Source: the human T2T-CHM13v2.0 reference genome, Homo sapiens. From it: 64,000 nt of DNA. A model generated the notes under the pieces. The model was not told the DNA's origin. It ran no database searches and saw only the letters and a program-made list of their open reading frames with translations. The DNA lies in NCBI RefSeq assembly GCF_009914755.1, contig NC_060926.1. One strand, written 5' to 3'. How positions within the stretch are numbered: the stretch's first letter is position 1; each line of letters starts with the position of its first letter. Both the position numbers and the translations under genes were made by a program. Below are positions 12,931-26,924 of the stretch, piece by piece.

Positions 12931-13869
12931 CCTTTACGGTGCCTTTTCAAATAGCAGTGCTATCTACCTCTTCTTCCACCTCTGGCTACACAAATAAACA
13001 AAATGACAGAAACTTTGAATTAGGTAGAGTTTGAGCATGGGCTAGATAAAGTGAAGCTTCCTCTGTCTTAAATCTCCCCTTGTCCATGGTTAAACCTAGG
13101 GGCTTTGTGTGCAACTGCATGTATCTTTCTTTTTCTTTTTACACTAACCTGTTACTCTCTAAAAGACACAAGAGCCCCAGAAGCAGCCTCCACTTGTTAC
13201 TCAACTTTATATTTTTTACAGCCTGGCCAAACCTGGCACACAAAGGTTTGTTTACCAGACTGACTGGCTGATTTGATGTACTAAAAAAATAGGAGCGTTC
13301 CTACAACTAATGGAAATTTAGAGAAATGACAGGCATAGCAGATGTATGTTTAAGCAAGAATAAAAACAATATGGTTCCCTTATATCAATAGGGACTCTCA
13401 GTTCCTGTGAGGAAAAGACCATGTATTAATTTCCATATTTACTAAGGCACTTCATATAAGTGCTTTATATAAGTAAATTCGTTGCCATGTCTATTGTCTT
13501 CATGAAACCTTGCGTAATACCTTTCATTTAGAAATGACTGTTTTTTGAATAAATACATTTTAGGTCAACATTTGTGTCCTTTTTTTTATGTTGGTTTTTA
13601 AAGTTAGTTATTATCTAGAAATATCAATTATTGCATTAAAACCTTCTCTGATGATGATAGATTAATCAATTACTACTGGAAACACTCCTTACATTTTAGT
13701 ACACAACTTTATAATTCATTTTCTCAGTTGAAAGCAAAAATTTGGCAATTGCTTTTAGTTGTAGCTCTTAGGTAGAATTTTCAGGCATTTTATGTAATGT
13801 CTTCTGATAAAAGAAATTTAAAATGTGGTGGACAAATTCTTAACAATTCAGTGGCAAGTCTGGGAGATT

Positions 13870-14645
13870 AACTCAAGGAAATGTCCTGGGAAATAGAACA
13901 ACAGGTTGGAAAATAAAAGAGAAAAGCTAATAGGGGACCAGTCTATGATCTCTGACACTGAAAATGTAGCCTTTCCAAAAAGAAAGAATAGAGGATAAAA
14001 TAGAGAGGAAGACATTACTACAGAAAAAATTTTAAGAAAATAGATTAAAAAAATGAAAGACATGTTTCCATATTGAAAAGACCACGTAACACCTAGCCTG
14101 ATGAATTTAAAAAGACTCATATAAGGCCAAATTATTATCCGCACTGTGGATAAAGGAAACATCTAAAAAGTTTTCAAAAAATAAAAAAGTAATTTACATA
14201 CAAAACAAGAATCAAGACTGTTACTTCTTCAATAGTAATGGGAAACCGGAAGATGATATGGTAATGACTTCAAAATTTTGAGAAAAAAGAATTTCCAGTC
14301 CATAATTCTATATCCAGCCAAATGTCAATTAAGTACGAAATAAAAATAAAGATAATTTTAAACATGAAATGTCTTAAACTTTAATTTTCTGGTGCACTCT
14401 TTATTAGGAAGCTACTAACAGATACATTAGTGCAAAGATAATTGTGGTTTTTGCCATAATTGCACCAACCTACTGCCTCATAAAAAGGAGGGAGTAAACC
14501 ACAAAAGAGACAGAAAGACACAGGATCCAGGAAACAGGATTCTACCGGAAGAAAGGGGAAGGGAATTCCCAGAGTGCTGATGTAGTAAAATCCCAGGCTG
14601 CAATTCAGGCAAGAGAGCAGCCAGCCCCGAATGGAGCAGGAGATA
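13870..14645 (+). mobile_element. Ancient L1 ORF1-like / HAL1-like relic (probably resumes at ~16170-16690)
   Basis: A-rich with L1 ORF1-like stretches such as 'ttcaaaattttgagaaaaaagaatttccagtccataattctatatccagccaaa'; no open frame. Confidence 0.6.
14424..14472. mobile_element. Internally collapsed MADE1 (Hsmar1 MITE)
   Basis: 'ttagtgcaaagataattgtggtttttgccat' plus 'ttgcaccaaccta' match the two MADE1 arms with the middle missing. Confidence 0.75.
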
Positions 14646-14647
14646 GG

Positions 14648-14958
14648 CATCCAGCAGAGATGACTGCAGAGGGTGTGTGTGTGAGTGTGTATGTTACCAA
14701 CCAGGAGAGATGATTGCAGAGGGTGTGTGTGTGAGTGTGTATGTTACCAACCAGGAGAGATGACTGTGAAAGGTGTGTGTGTACATCCAGGAGAGATGAC
14801 TGCAGAGGGGGTGTGTGTGTGCGTGTGTGTGTGTGCATCCAGGAGAGATGACTGCAGAGGGTGTGGGTGTGTGTGTGTGCATCCAGGAGAGATGACTGCA
14901 GAGGGTGTGTGTGTGTGTGCATGTGTGTGTGTGCATCCAGGAGAGATGACTGCAGAGG

Positions 14959-14989
<31 letters not shown>

Positions 14990-15013
14990 CACATCCAGGA
15001 GAGATGACTGCAG

Positions 15014-15050
<37 letters not shown>

Positions 15051-16170
15051 ATCCAGGAGAGATGACTGCAGAGGGGGTGTGTGTGTGTGTGTGTGTGCAT
15101 CCAGGAGAGATGACTGCAGAGGGTGTGTGTGTGTGCGTGTGTGCGTGCATCCAGGAGAGATGACTGCAGAGGGTGTGTGTGTGTGTGTGTGCGCGCGCGC
15201 ATCCAGGAGAGATGATTGCAGAGGGTGTGTGTGTGTGTGTGCACGCGCATCCAGGAGAGATGACTGCAGAGGGTGTGTGTGTGTGTGTGTGCGCGCGCGC
15301 GCGCGTCCAGGAGAGATGACTGCAGAGGGTGTGTGTGTGTGCGTGTGTGTGTGCATCCAGGAGAGATGACTGCAGAGGGTGTGTGTGTGTGCGTGTGTGT
15401 GTGCATCCAGGAGAGATGACTGCAGAGGGTGTGTGTGTGTGTGTGTGTGTGCATCCAGGAGAGATGACTGCAGAGGGTGTGTGTGTGTGCGTGTGTGTGT
15501 GCATCCAGGAGAGATGACTGCAGAGGGTGTGTGTGTGTGCATCCAGGAGAGATGACTGCAGAGGGTGTGTGTGTGTGTGTGTGTGTGCATCCAGGAGAGA
15601 TGACTGCAGAGGGTGTGTGTGTGTGTGTGTGTGTGCATCCAGGAGAGATGACTGCAGAGGGTGTGTGTGTGTGTGTGTGTGTGCATCCAGGAGAGATGAC
15701 TGCAGAGGGTGTGTGTGTGTGCGTGTGCATGCGCATCCAGGAGAGATGACTGCAGAGGGTGTGGGTGTGTGTGTGTGCATGCGCATCCAGGAGAGATGAC
15801 TGCAGAGGGTGTGGGTGTGTGTGTGTGCATGCGCATCCAGGAGAGATGACTGCAGAGGGTGTGTGTGTGTGCGTGTGTGTGTGCATCCAGGAGAGATGAC
15901 TGCAGAGGGTGTGTGTGTGTGCGTGTGTGTGTGCATCCAGGAGAGATGACTGCAGAGGGTGTGTGTGTGTGTGTGTGTGCATCCAGGAGAGATGACTGCA
16001 GAGGGTGTGTGTGTGTGCGTGTGTGCGTGCATCCAGGAGAGATGACTGCAGAGGGTGTGTGTGTGTGTGCATCCAGGAGAGATGACTGCAGAGGGTGTGT
16101 GTGTGTGCATGTGTGTGTGCATCCAGGAGAGATGACTGCAGAGGGTGTGTGTGTGTGTGCATGCTTGTGT
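14648..16170 (+). repeat. Compound minisatellite/VNTR: ~31 units of GCATCCAGGAGAGATGACTGCAGAGG + variable (GT)n/(GC)n
   Basis: Directly visible; units ~35-60 bp, modal 48-50; the first three units are diverged. Confidence 0.98.
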
Positions 16171-16867
16171 GAAAGGAAACTGATAGACTACCTGATGCAT
16201 ATGACATTGAGAGAAATATTACCTCATGGTTGGAGCACTTGGGGGAAAGTTGTATGATAGGTGCATTTAAAAAATTAAACCCGTTATTATTTCCAGAAAA
16301 TATGTACATTTCTGTGAGAAAGGAATGTGACCATGGTGTCTCCATGTCTCTGCTGTAAAGAACATTCTCATAGTCCTAATAATGGCAGTAGTTAATTTAA
16401 CTGAAAATGTGATCGAACATTAAAAAGATGGGGAAAGTGTGTGTGCACGTGTGCACATGTGTGAGCACATGAATGACCATCTGGTATTGGTCTGGTTTAA
16501 GATCAAGTTTTCATTCTCTATAAAAACTCAATAGATAATGTCTAAAAATGACAAATAATCAGGAATTCATGATAAGCATATTGTTTAGAAGTTTGATCTC
16601 AAATATATTTGGCTAGGAATGGAAAGTGCCAGCCTCTGAGTCACATGGGGCAGGGGACTGCTCTGGTCTCCTTACCCTGTTTTCTTTTGCTCTATTGCAC
16701 TGATAGGGTTTGGCTATGTCCCTACCCAAATCTCATTTTGAATTGTAGCTCCTATAATTCCCAAGTGTTGTGGGAGGGACCCAGTGGGAGATAATTGAAT
16801 CATGGGCAGTTTCCCCTATACTGCTTTTGTGGTAGTGAATAAGTCTCACAAGACATGATGTTTTTAC

Positions 16868-17409
<542 letters not shown>

Positions 17410-19144
17410 ACATTCTCTCTTATCTGCTGCCATGTAAGACGTGCCTTTGCCTTCAGCCATGATGCCATGATTGTGAGGCCTCCCCAGCCACGTGGAACTC
17501 TGAGTCCCTTAAACCTCCTTTTTTTTCAAGTAAATCACCCGGTCTCGGGTATGTCTTTATCAGCAGCATGAAAATCAACTAATACATGTACTTTTAACAA
17601 TTCCAAATTGACCAGATAAAACACAGAACTTTATGTTAAGGTCGTGGAATGAAAGCAATGACATCAACTCCGTAACGTTACCATATAAAGATGAACAGTT
17701 TTCCCCGAATTATTTGAATTCTGACTAGGCTCCAACAGTAGCACCTCTTTTAGAGTGCCAAGCTATATTCCTGAAACAGAAATCAGAGATGAGATTCAAA
17801 AGGGACAAGAGGAAAGAAACTGCTGCTTCGTTTTGTCCATAAGCAGTACTTTGCTCAATTTGACACCCTGCAGTGGTGTGACCAGCCATGTTCACCGTGG
17901 AGTTGTTGGTTTTGGCATGGCAACCCTGCAGGGAGTTTATATATATTTTTTCTTTTTAAAGGTGGTTCTGCTTAGACATACTCTGATGAAGTCAGTGAGC
18001 AGAGGCAGATGATGGTTTGAATGATGGTTTACTTTGCTCTGGGGATTGAGGCAGAGGAGGAGCTCCGAGGGAGCATGGTGTTGATATTTGATCTATTTGG
18101 AGTTGACTTTCTAACTCTCTGTAACTCCTTTGCCCCCTTTAATCCATTATTGAGTGTTGCCTGGGGAATGGGGTTTTCTTGGAATGAATGTATTTGCTTT
18201 CTTTCCATTTCTGCCTGCCCTTAATCTCTCCCTCGCTTACCCTGGCATCTTCTCTGCCAGTGAGCTACTGAAGCCCTTACTCTTCTGAACCAAGGCCACA
18301 AGGGTCCTGGATCTCAGCAGCTGAGTGCTCCGGTGGGTGAGGGGCACTTTCACCCATGGGGATGTGGTCGCATTGCTATACAATAGCTTTGATTCCAAAT
18401 AAGCTCTGAAGACATCTTGCCCATTAAGGCAAATAGTATTTACTTTTGAGTGATTATTGCTAAGAAGGCTCGGGCATGTTTTGTGTGGCTGGCTAATTGA
18501 AAATTACTTCCTGTTCTCAGTTGGCTGCTTCTTGCCACAGACAAATGAGGATGCACCTGACAAACTTCTTGTTGTGGGTTTTGTGTCCCAGCTCAGTTCT
18601 AAAGATTTAAAGCAGCCTGTTCTCCATTCTGCATCCCCTGAAGTGAGGTTTTAAATGCAGCATGTTTTGTTCTTTATTTAAACTACTCAAGCTTTTGTAA
18701 GTGTTGAGTTAAAGAATAGACATTAGTGGTTCTGGGCTGCATCTGGGTGTTCGAGCCAGTAGGATCATTTATCGGTAAATCCTCAGAGGAGTAGCCAGTT
18801 TAAGTATTGCTTATTTTTCTGTTTTTCTCAGGAATTCCCTTGTAAAGTTTTAGGAAGGCTGTATAGCCCCCTTTTTCTATTCTTCATAGAAAAACTTACA
18901 TTTGCAAAGGCCTTTTGTGTCATCAAGACAGAAGACAAAAAGATGAGTAAAGGATGACAGTGGATTAACAACCTGAAGCCAGTCTCGTGATTAGGTATCT
19001 GGGCCCCTTAATGAAAAGAGCATCCATTGAAACCCTCTGCTGTTGCTGATGTCTTGCGGTCAGTACTTAATGAACGTTTTCCTAGTGTGTGAATCAAGAC
19101 CAGATGAATGGCATATAGGAAACCACATCTGTAAAGTTCTCTGA

Positions 19145-19330
19145 GTCCATAGAGCTGAAAATTTGGCTTTGAAGACCTATGTTGCTATTCCAGCTCTATC
19201 ACTTTTCCAGTCCAGTGACCTTAACCCAGTTTCTTAATACCTCACTTTCTTTATCTGTAAATAAGAACGATTCCAGTCACCTTCTGTAATAAACAAAATA
19301 ATGTATGACAAAATTATACAAATATATTTT
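19145..19330. mobile_element. MIR
   Basis: 'ttccagctctatcactt...gtgaccttaacc...cctcactttctttatctgtaaa'. Confidence 0.65.
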
Positions 19331-21859
19331 TATTTAGTCTTAATACTGTATTTGTTTTTGCTGTTATTAAGACAATTTGACATTTTTATGATTATAGTCT
19401 AGCACAGAAAATAAGAAATTATTTAATATTTGAGCATTCAGACCAGCAGAAATAAAGTGACTCTATATTGTGTGTGTAATATAAATACGAAGTGTTTCTA
19501 GCTCAGAAGAATTTCCTTAAAGTAGAAATAAGAGCAAGTTGCTAAGTATTTTCATTTGCATTGATACTTCTCAGAATTCCTATGACACTTACTTTTTCTG
19601 CTAGCCAGCACTTAATTAAGGATGTGTGATAGAATAAAAATCATCAACCTGGGAGTGTTCAGACTTTTCCTCTGCTAAAGAGAATCTGTAATTGGCAGTC
19701 AAATGTTCCACCCGCCTACCAGTCTGCTTCCTAAAAGTTTTTCTTCACACTAAAAATCTGTGGCAGAGGATGAGGAGTGGAGGCAGGAATTGGAGCAGAG
19801 TATAAATGGGGTGCAAGAGGAGATTTTTCTAGGGGCTATTTGCAAATGAAAAGCATTAGAGAGAGAAGAGTATGAAAAAGTTGTGAAGAGAATAAAGTTT
19901 GGGAGTTAGGACATAAACACCAAATGGAATTATTTTAAAAATGTCTTTTGGAGGTTGACCTCCAGGTAGCATTCTTCATGGACTGGACCTTGTGGCTCAC
20001 AGCTTTAATGGGATTACAGATGAAGAGCATCGTGGAATATTTTACGTGATTTTTTTTGTCTATCCAGCCAAATAATCTCATCTTATTTTGCATCACATCC
20101 CTACAGATTCTTGCTCAGTGCACCCTCTACTACCAACCAGCAGAACAACTTCTGCGAAACACAAATGTGATCATGCTACTTCCTTGTTTAAAACCCTGTG
20201 GAATGATAGGGACCACGTCCCCCCTTTATTCGAGTCTGACACACATGCACAGGCTAATGGGTCTGGGCCATTTGCCCATCTGAATGATGAGATGACACCT
20301 CCCCACTCCCCATCCGAAGTACTTTGTTACATTCTTTCGTAATGCAGTGAAGGACACTGACTCTCACTTGAGGAGTTAAGGGGAAGATTTCTCAGGAGAA
20401 GGTGGAGAACAGGGATGTTCTCCTGGATGCTTTGATAATCTCTGCCTTCAGTCCACATGGAATGCCACCTAAAGTGGCCAAAGCAGCAGCCTTGTCCCAC
20501 GGGAAATCCAGCCAGTCACTGGAGGAATTTGTGACACACCAAGGATCAGGGCCAGCGGTGCATGTGGCCCACTTTGATGGGGAGCCTGGTTTCATCACTG
20601 TCTTTGTTCAGAATTTGCAGCATAGGAGAATACTTGATTTTATTATTGTTTTTAAATTCTGTACAACAAAGGACCCCCATATTGTTAGCACCAGGGGCAG
20701 ACTGCTCCCCTGTGGCAAACTGCCCCTCTTCATCCCCTTAGTTTACCAGGCGATGACACAGCGGCCACTCCCTCCCACTTGTTTTCCTAGAGATTGAAGA
20801 ACAATTGTATCCCATGCTTGATCTGACTGATATGGAAATGCCTGATGACCATTTGAGTGGCAGCCTCCCAGATCTGTAAAAATCACGATACAGAGGCAGC
20901 AGGGACTGATGAGAGTCTCTGAAACCAGGCACTGTAGATCCACATATGGTAAGAACAGTGGAGTGATTCCATATCTTGGGCTCTGGAGATGGCATACTGG
21001 GTCCAGAAAAACATGACACCCATGACAGGAAAAAGCTGGCAATGAATTGTTCATCAGCTGCAGGTGGGACTTTAACTTTGCCTGGCATATGTAGTATTCA
21101 CATTCTGAAATTTGGATTGTGTTTCTAAGTACTTGTAGTCATTAAATACTATTTCCTTTTTTAAAAGATAAATATCATTCCTTTCAAGAGGCTCAGTCAG
21201 ATAGCTTAGGCCCTGAATTTGTTTTATTTTAAAGGTGCTTTATACAGTAATTTTTCAAGTGCAGTTGTTTTCATTATTCTGGTGAATTTCAGTTAAAAGT
21301 AAACTTTTTCAACTTGCTTAAAAGGAGCAGATATTTGAGACGGTGACTGTTTCCCACAAACTCTTAAAGAATGAGAGTTGAGTCCCATGGTACAGAGAGG
21401 AGGGAACTGATCAAATGCTGAATCAAATATGATCAGCAGCTGGGCAGGAGTGAGAAAGGGACTGCAAAAGCTTGGCAGGGAGGCCAGTGCTTCTGATAGA
21501 GATCCCTTCCCGGGCCCCATAATCGGCAAACCTTCTCATTGCCTGCAAGGTGACGTTCATGCTCCTAAACATGGCAGCACGTGGAATTCTACCCACCTCT
21601 TCTTCCACTTAATCTTTCTACATTTTTCCCTTGCAGGTACCCTATCTCTGTGCTCCAGGGAGCTCTAACTGGCCAGTGCCTGAACGTGACATGTTCTTTT
21701 ATGTCTCTGTGTCTTTGCACACACTGTTTCCCTCCCTGAGAAACTTGACTTTCTTCTTCTTTCATTTTTCTATACTTATCTTTGAGAGTTAATGAAATGT
21801 CATCTCCCCCATGGAGATGTCACTGATTCCATTTCCAGTTACATCTCAAACATTCATAA

Positions 21860-22075
21860 CACAGTTCTGGAGTCAGAATGCCAAGTGTGGATCCTGTCTC
21901 CACCACTTAATGCTGAAAACTTGGGCAAGTCACTTAATCTCTCTGCTTTAATTCCCTCAGTTGTATAATAGAGATAATAATAATATGAATACTTATTTAC
22001 TATGACAATAAAGTAATCAAGAAAGTTTCCTTTAAGCACACAATAACTCAGTAAGTGTTAATTTTTATTATTTTT
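21860..22075. mobile_element. MIR within L2-like sequence (~21570-22400)
   Basis: 'ctggagtcagaatgcc...cttgggcaagtcacttaatctctctgc' MIR core; flanks have L2-like ends such as 'gtgtccagtaaatatttttgaa'. Confidence 0.7.
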
Positions 22076-23744
22076 GTTATCATTTATTACTACCACTACC
22101 ATTACCATCATATATACCTCCCTAGTGCTTTTATTTATACAGATTTCATTCACACAGTTATTATTATTTGTGTGAACCTGACTCTTTCTCATGTAACTTT
22201 CATTGCAAAGGCTTAGTACATTATTTGGTATGAACAGGTGTCCAGTAAATATTTTTGAAATTCAATTATTGGTGTCTATGCCTTTTATACTTATTAGATC
22301 CTAAGCTCATTAACGTGTGCCTTCTGCTTTTTAGCAATAATCAGGGATGCTAGCCAGTGCCCCTGCACGTAATCAGTATTCAACTAATTTCCAAAGAAGC
22401 CAATGTATTAATGAATTGTGTGCAGAAATGACTATTTAATGTTGCCTCTCAGAGAGCAGAGCAGACCTCAGGTGTCATGAGAGATCTCACCCTGATGCGC
22501 CATGTAGGCTGAGCCATATGGGCTGGAGGCAAACATTGTAGTCCAAGTCTTTGTTTCCTAAGCCTCTGATGAAATAAAAAGTCAGACAAGATGTAGTGTT
22601 AAAGATGAAGATCTGTCCTCTAAGCCTGAAGCCGAAGTGTGAAAGTGGTTAGGGAAAGAATAGGGATTTGCGTGTGGGGTGGCTGGCTGGACTAGCTTAA
22701 CTCTGGTGAACTTTGTAACTAGAGAGTAGATTCTATGCCCTGTAGCTTTAACAGCCTGGATTTCCACAAAACTAGGAGTTTTTTAATTAAAATGTCTCTG
22801 CTTCTACAAAACTATCTAATGGGCATTATTTGGTTGGATGTTTCATTATGTTACATTCATTAGGTTACAAAGAGCTTAAAGTCATAATTCCCTTCAAAGA
22901 GGGGTCAGGCTGAATGAAACACTTTGATCCACCTTCTGAGAACAGGACTTGAGTATTTCCATGTAAGTGTTTAAAGTGGGTTGTTTCATACCCCAAGAGT
23001 GTGAGGTGTTTTTGATCCATCTCACATCGTGTTCTATTAATACCATCCTGAACTTTGGATTGATTATTTAATGGCCCTTACTATTTTTTTTAAATGGCTC
23101 TTACTATTAAATGCTACTCCTTTAAAGGGACGCTTGTTAAGCTGTTCAAGCCCTGAATTTATGTTTTGTTTAAAGAGCGCCATATAAAGTTGAGATCCAG
23201 AGATTTTGAGGGAATGGTTTAAGTGAAAAAGTGGGAAAGTTACTTTAGTTTAAGAGTAACCTTTAAAGATTTTCCCAGAGAACTGAAGCACACAGAAAAA
23301 AATGTGGGGTCATTAGAAATGGAATGCAAGACTCTTTACTTTTCAAGTTTAAGCTGCTAGAAATGAAAAATGTAAATAGAAAGATTAATGAGGGAGGGAT
23401 TTTGAAAGTTCTTTATCAAGCAGTTGAGTTGTTGCCTGTAATGGCAAAGAAAGTGGAGCGGAGGCCTCTTGAGACCAAGCATGGCTTCCTGAAGTCCCTC
23501 CTCAAGATGTTTCACTTGCCATTCTCCACTTTTCTGCCTGTCACTGGCTCTCATAGCTCCCATTCTCCCAAACTTCTTCTTTCCTTCATTCAATCAATAC
23601 CCATCTTCCATTCTGGACCTAGTCTATTGAGGAATAAAGACTTGCCTAAAAGTGAGAACACAGCCATTTATTCACCAAAGAAGTTATGTATTGAGAACCT
23701 GCAGCATTATGTCTGATACTGTGATAAATGCTGGAAATTCAGGC

Positions 23745-24195
23745 ATGATGTGGCTTAGGCACAGCTGGCTGCTCATATGGAAGTTTCCTTTTCCTCTCGG
23801 GCACATGGCTAAACTATATTTCTTAGCTCACCTGCAGTCAGATGAGACCATGAGACTAGGTTCTGGCTAATGGATTTGAGCAGTTGTAATAAGGGCCATT
23901 TTCAGGTCTGACTCCTTGCATGACCTTAACTTTTCTTCCTCGTTCATCATGGCCAGCTGAAAGCAGTAGATCCAGAAAAGGAGTTTCAGGCCTTACGTGT
24001 TAGCACCATCATTAGATCAAACAGTTGGGCTCCTGAATTCTCACATGGCAGTGAGCCATCTGGGATAACTATCTTCTGAGATACTTCTGGATGGGACTTT
24101 GTGTGATGAGGAAGTGAGCTTTAATTTTGTTAAGCTACTGAGATTTCAGGACTTATTTGTGACTTCAGCAACTACATTATGTACTCTGACTAATA
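23745..24195 (+). mobile_element. MLT1 (G/H-like) LTR
   Basis: 'ccatgagactaggttctggctaatgg' ... 'tgttaagctactgagatttcagg...ctgactaata'. Confidence 0.7.
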
Positions 24196-25560
24196 GAGAT
24201 GAATAAGATACAGATCCTGTCTTTAAGGAGTTACTATTTTGTGTGAGAGAAACATTTAAATAAATGATTATAAAACAATATGATCAATATAGCAAATGAA
24301 ATGTATAATGTGCAATGCAAGTAGAGCAGGCAGTAAGAAAGGGATGCTAATGGTGACAGGCTTCCTGGAGAAATGCATCATTTTCTGTTTCTTGCAAATG
24401 TGGGCTTGGCTGCGGGAAAGTGGTTGTGGGTAGGGAGAAGGAGAGGGCAATAAGAAGGTTGGTGTGGCTGGAACAGAAGGGATAAGGTTGATCGTGGGTA
24501 CAGAAGGGGCTGGAGAGGGAGGCAGGTGGCAGATGACAGAGGGTCTTACAATGCCATGCTGGGGACCTGGACTTTTTGAGTTGGGTCCCATTCCACATGC
24601 TGATGTGTGATGATGTAAGAAGCTTGTGCCAGAATGTAAATCAACGCTCTGCGTCTTTCCTTGAGTAAATCTTGAGATTAAAAAACAAAAGTCTACTAAA
24701 CTTAAAGAGCAAGATAAGTGATGTGGTTTTTCATTCTGGCAGAAGCTTCTTATTTTGTTATGTCTGGAAACTATCCACTTGTCTAACGCCCATACTTTAA
24801 GTAGCATTGTTTTAGACAATTTATTCTGCTTGCTGTGGATGATGGGTATGAGGGGTATATATTCAGAAGCAGGGAGACCACTTAAGATGGATGCAGAAGC
24901 AATTCCAAGGAGAGACAATGAAGACCTAAACTAGAGCAAGGGTAGTGTTGGTGCACAAAAGGGAATGGATTTTGGAAATACTTAGTACAGGAGCAGGGCA
25001 TGGAAAGAGAGAATTAAAAAATGAGTCCTAAGTTTCTTGATTGAGTGTTTGGATGGTTGGAGGTGCCTTTTACTGAAGAAGAGCCTATAAGAGGAAAAAT
25101 ACATGGACCTGGGGGTAGTCTAATGAATTAACTTTCAGTGCTGTTGAACATGAAGGGGCTGAGGGAGCTCCAGGTAGATGGTTGAGCAGCTAGTCAGAGC
25201 TGACTGTCCAGAGCTTGGGGTAAGAGCTCTGGGATGGAGGTCCAAATTTGCCAGTTATTATCATAGGAGTTATAGAAAACAGGAGTGTAACTATACAGGA
25301 GTATGAAAGACAGTGGCCCAGGATAAAACCCTGTAGCACACCAGAATTAAGGAGACAAAGATGTTATCAGATAGACCTGGCATTTCAATAAAGTGAGAGG
25401 TCCTGAGAGCCCTGAGAGCAGAGTTTTTAGAAATACTCAGCCAATGAATGCAGCAGCGAGGTCTAGCAAAATATCAAGGAAAACACCTCCACTGGAATTA
25501 TAAATTAGGATGTCTTTGATGAAAACTGGGGCAGAGGAGTAGAAGGGGCAACTGCAACAC
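24196..25560. mobile_element. L2 LINE relic (fragmented)
   Basis: L2-typical text: 'gatgaataagatacagatcctgtctttaaggagtt', 'agcagggagaccacttaag', 'ctagagcaagggtagtg', 'ggatggttggaggtgccttttactga'. Confidence 0.75.
24595..24812. mobile_element. hAT-Charlie-type MITE (Charlie4-like)
   Basis: Terminus 'catactttaagtagcattg'; 25-bp inverted repeat at 24616-24640 / 24728-24752. Confidence 0.55.
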
Positions 25561-26924
25561 TGTAGTGAAATTCGAAGAGATCCTTAAACCCTCAAGTAAT
25601 CTAAGCAAGTCCCTATTTCTACCTCTGTAAGATAAGGAGTCAGACTAGATAAGCTCTAAGGTGCTTTCAGCTCTAACATTCTATAATAATAAATACTATT
25701 TTGAGCACCTTATGTATGGTAGGCACATAATTTTTATTAAAATTCTGTAAGACATTGGCATGCCATTTTTCTGGAGGCTGAAAGTGCTTAAATATCACGT
25801 TGAGGTTCATATAGCCAAGGAATTTCTGAGCTGAGAATTAATAACTAGATTTGTCTGAAACAAAACCCACGTTCTTTTCACTATCCTGCATTGTACAATG
25901 ATTTTAAAGAGTGATAAGGTACAAGGTAGAATGTGAATTGAATTTGGTAGTAGATCATTTAGAAGAGCCATCCTTGCTATATTTTCACAGGCAATCTCCT
26001 TTAATAAAAGGCAGAATGTTCCTTTTGAGGAACATAAACCAAATTCAATGTGAGGCCTTTGAACTACTCAGATATTAGGTATATAAAAACGAACAGGATG
26101 ATCAGCAAGTGACAGGGAAATGGGAAACTTTTACATAGGCAGAAAAAAATCAATAGTGCATAATAGTTTACAGAGGTGATATATTTTATAGTTAAGCATC
26201 TCTGAAGACGAGCTTAGTAGTTGATAAGTATAGAAACTCTTGGAGACATAATTCTCATTCAGTGCAGATAAGCTGATATCTGAAGCCAATTATCTGATAT
26301 AATAAGAGCTCATGCTTCCTCAAGGTGTCTTCCTTTGAGTATGTGTTAAGAATGATTGTTTTCAAAGTTGGCCAGCTTATCAGGTGAATTTTCTACATCT
26401 TACCCAGAGATAAAAAGGGAGAAATATTTTGAGTATATAATACCTTTGAAGAACCGGTGGTGTTATTGCGCTTTTGATAACTGGATAAATAAGCACAGTC
26501 AAAATTTTTGGAAACTCTCTGACTTGAGTATTCAGACTTCTCATATATTATTTCTAGTGCAGATTCTGTCTGTTCAGTGGTCTTGCAGGTTCTTCCTATG
26601 CTCTCACACAAGTCCTATACAAGATAGTCTAACCTGTAAAGTGTTTTAGAGCTCACCAAATCCAAATTTTTAATTTTATAGTCCTAGAGGCCACTCAGCC
26701 CCATCCCCAGCTCATACCTGTCCTAGGGTCTCAGAGCAGCCCAGTCCCAAGGTGGAAGCAAAGTGAGGGGCTCAGGGGTTCTGTTCTCAGGCAAGCTGGC
26801 TTCAGTACTGCTCTGACCTCACTCTGTTTCTTGCTGGATTCTTGCTTTACCTTGATTCAGTGACAGAAGCTATTTTGTGACAATTCCAGGCCTAAGTCTC
26901 TGCCTTGACTTCTTGCTTGTTATC

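Noticed and set aside
14648-16170. CRISPR-like appearance (constant repeat with variable spacers)
   Set aside because: The spacers are only GT/GC microsatellite length variants, there are no cas genes, and the DNA is primate.
14605-16345. Long ORFs (531, 533 and 380 aa) on the minus strand and Cys/Val-rich ORFs on the plus strand
   Set aside because: They are by-products of a stop-free tandem repeat that is open in all three minus frames; there is no gene context.
20392-21088. Overlapping ORFs as a possible processed pseudogene
   Set aside because: I recognise no protein similarity, poly-A tail or TSD; a BLASTX search would settle it.
24268-24918. 216-aa ORF and a 25-bp inverted repeat
   Set aside because: The ORF spans L2 and a Charlie-type MITE, and the inverted repeat is explained by the MITE structure.
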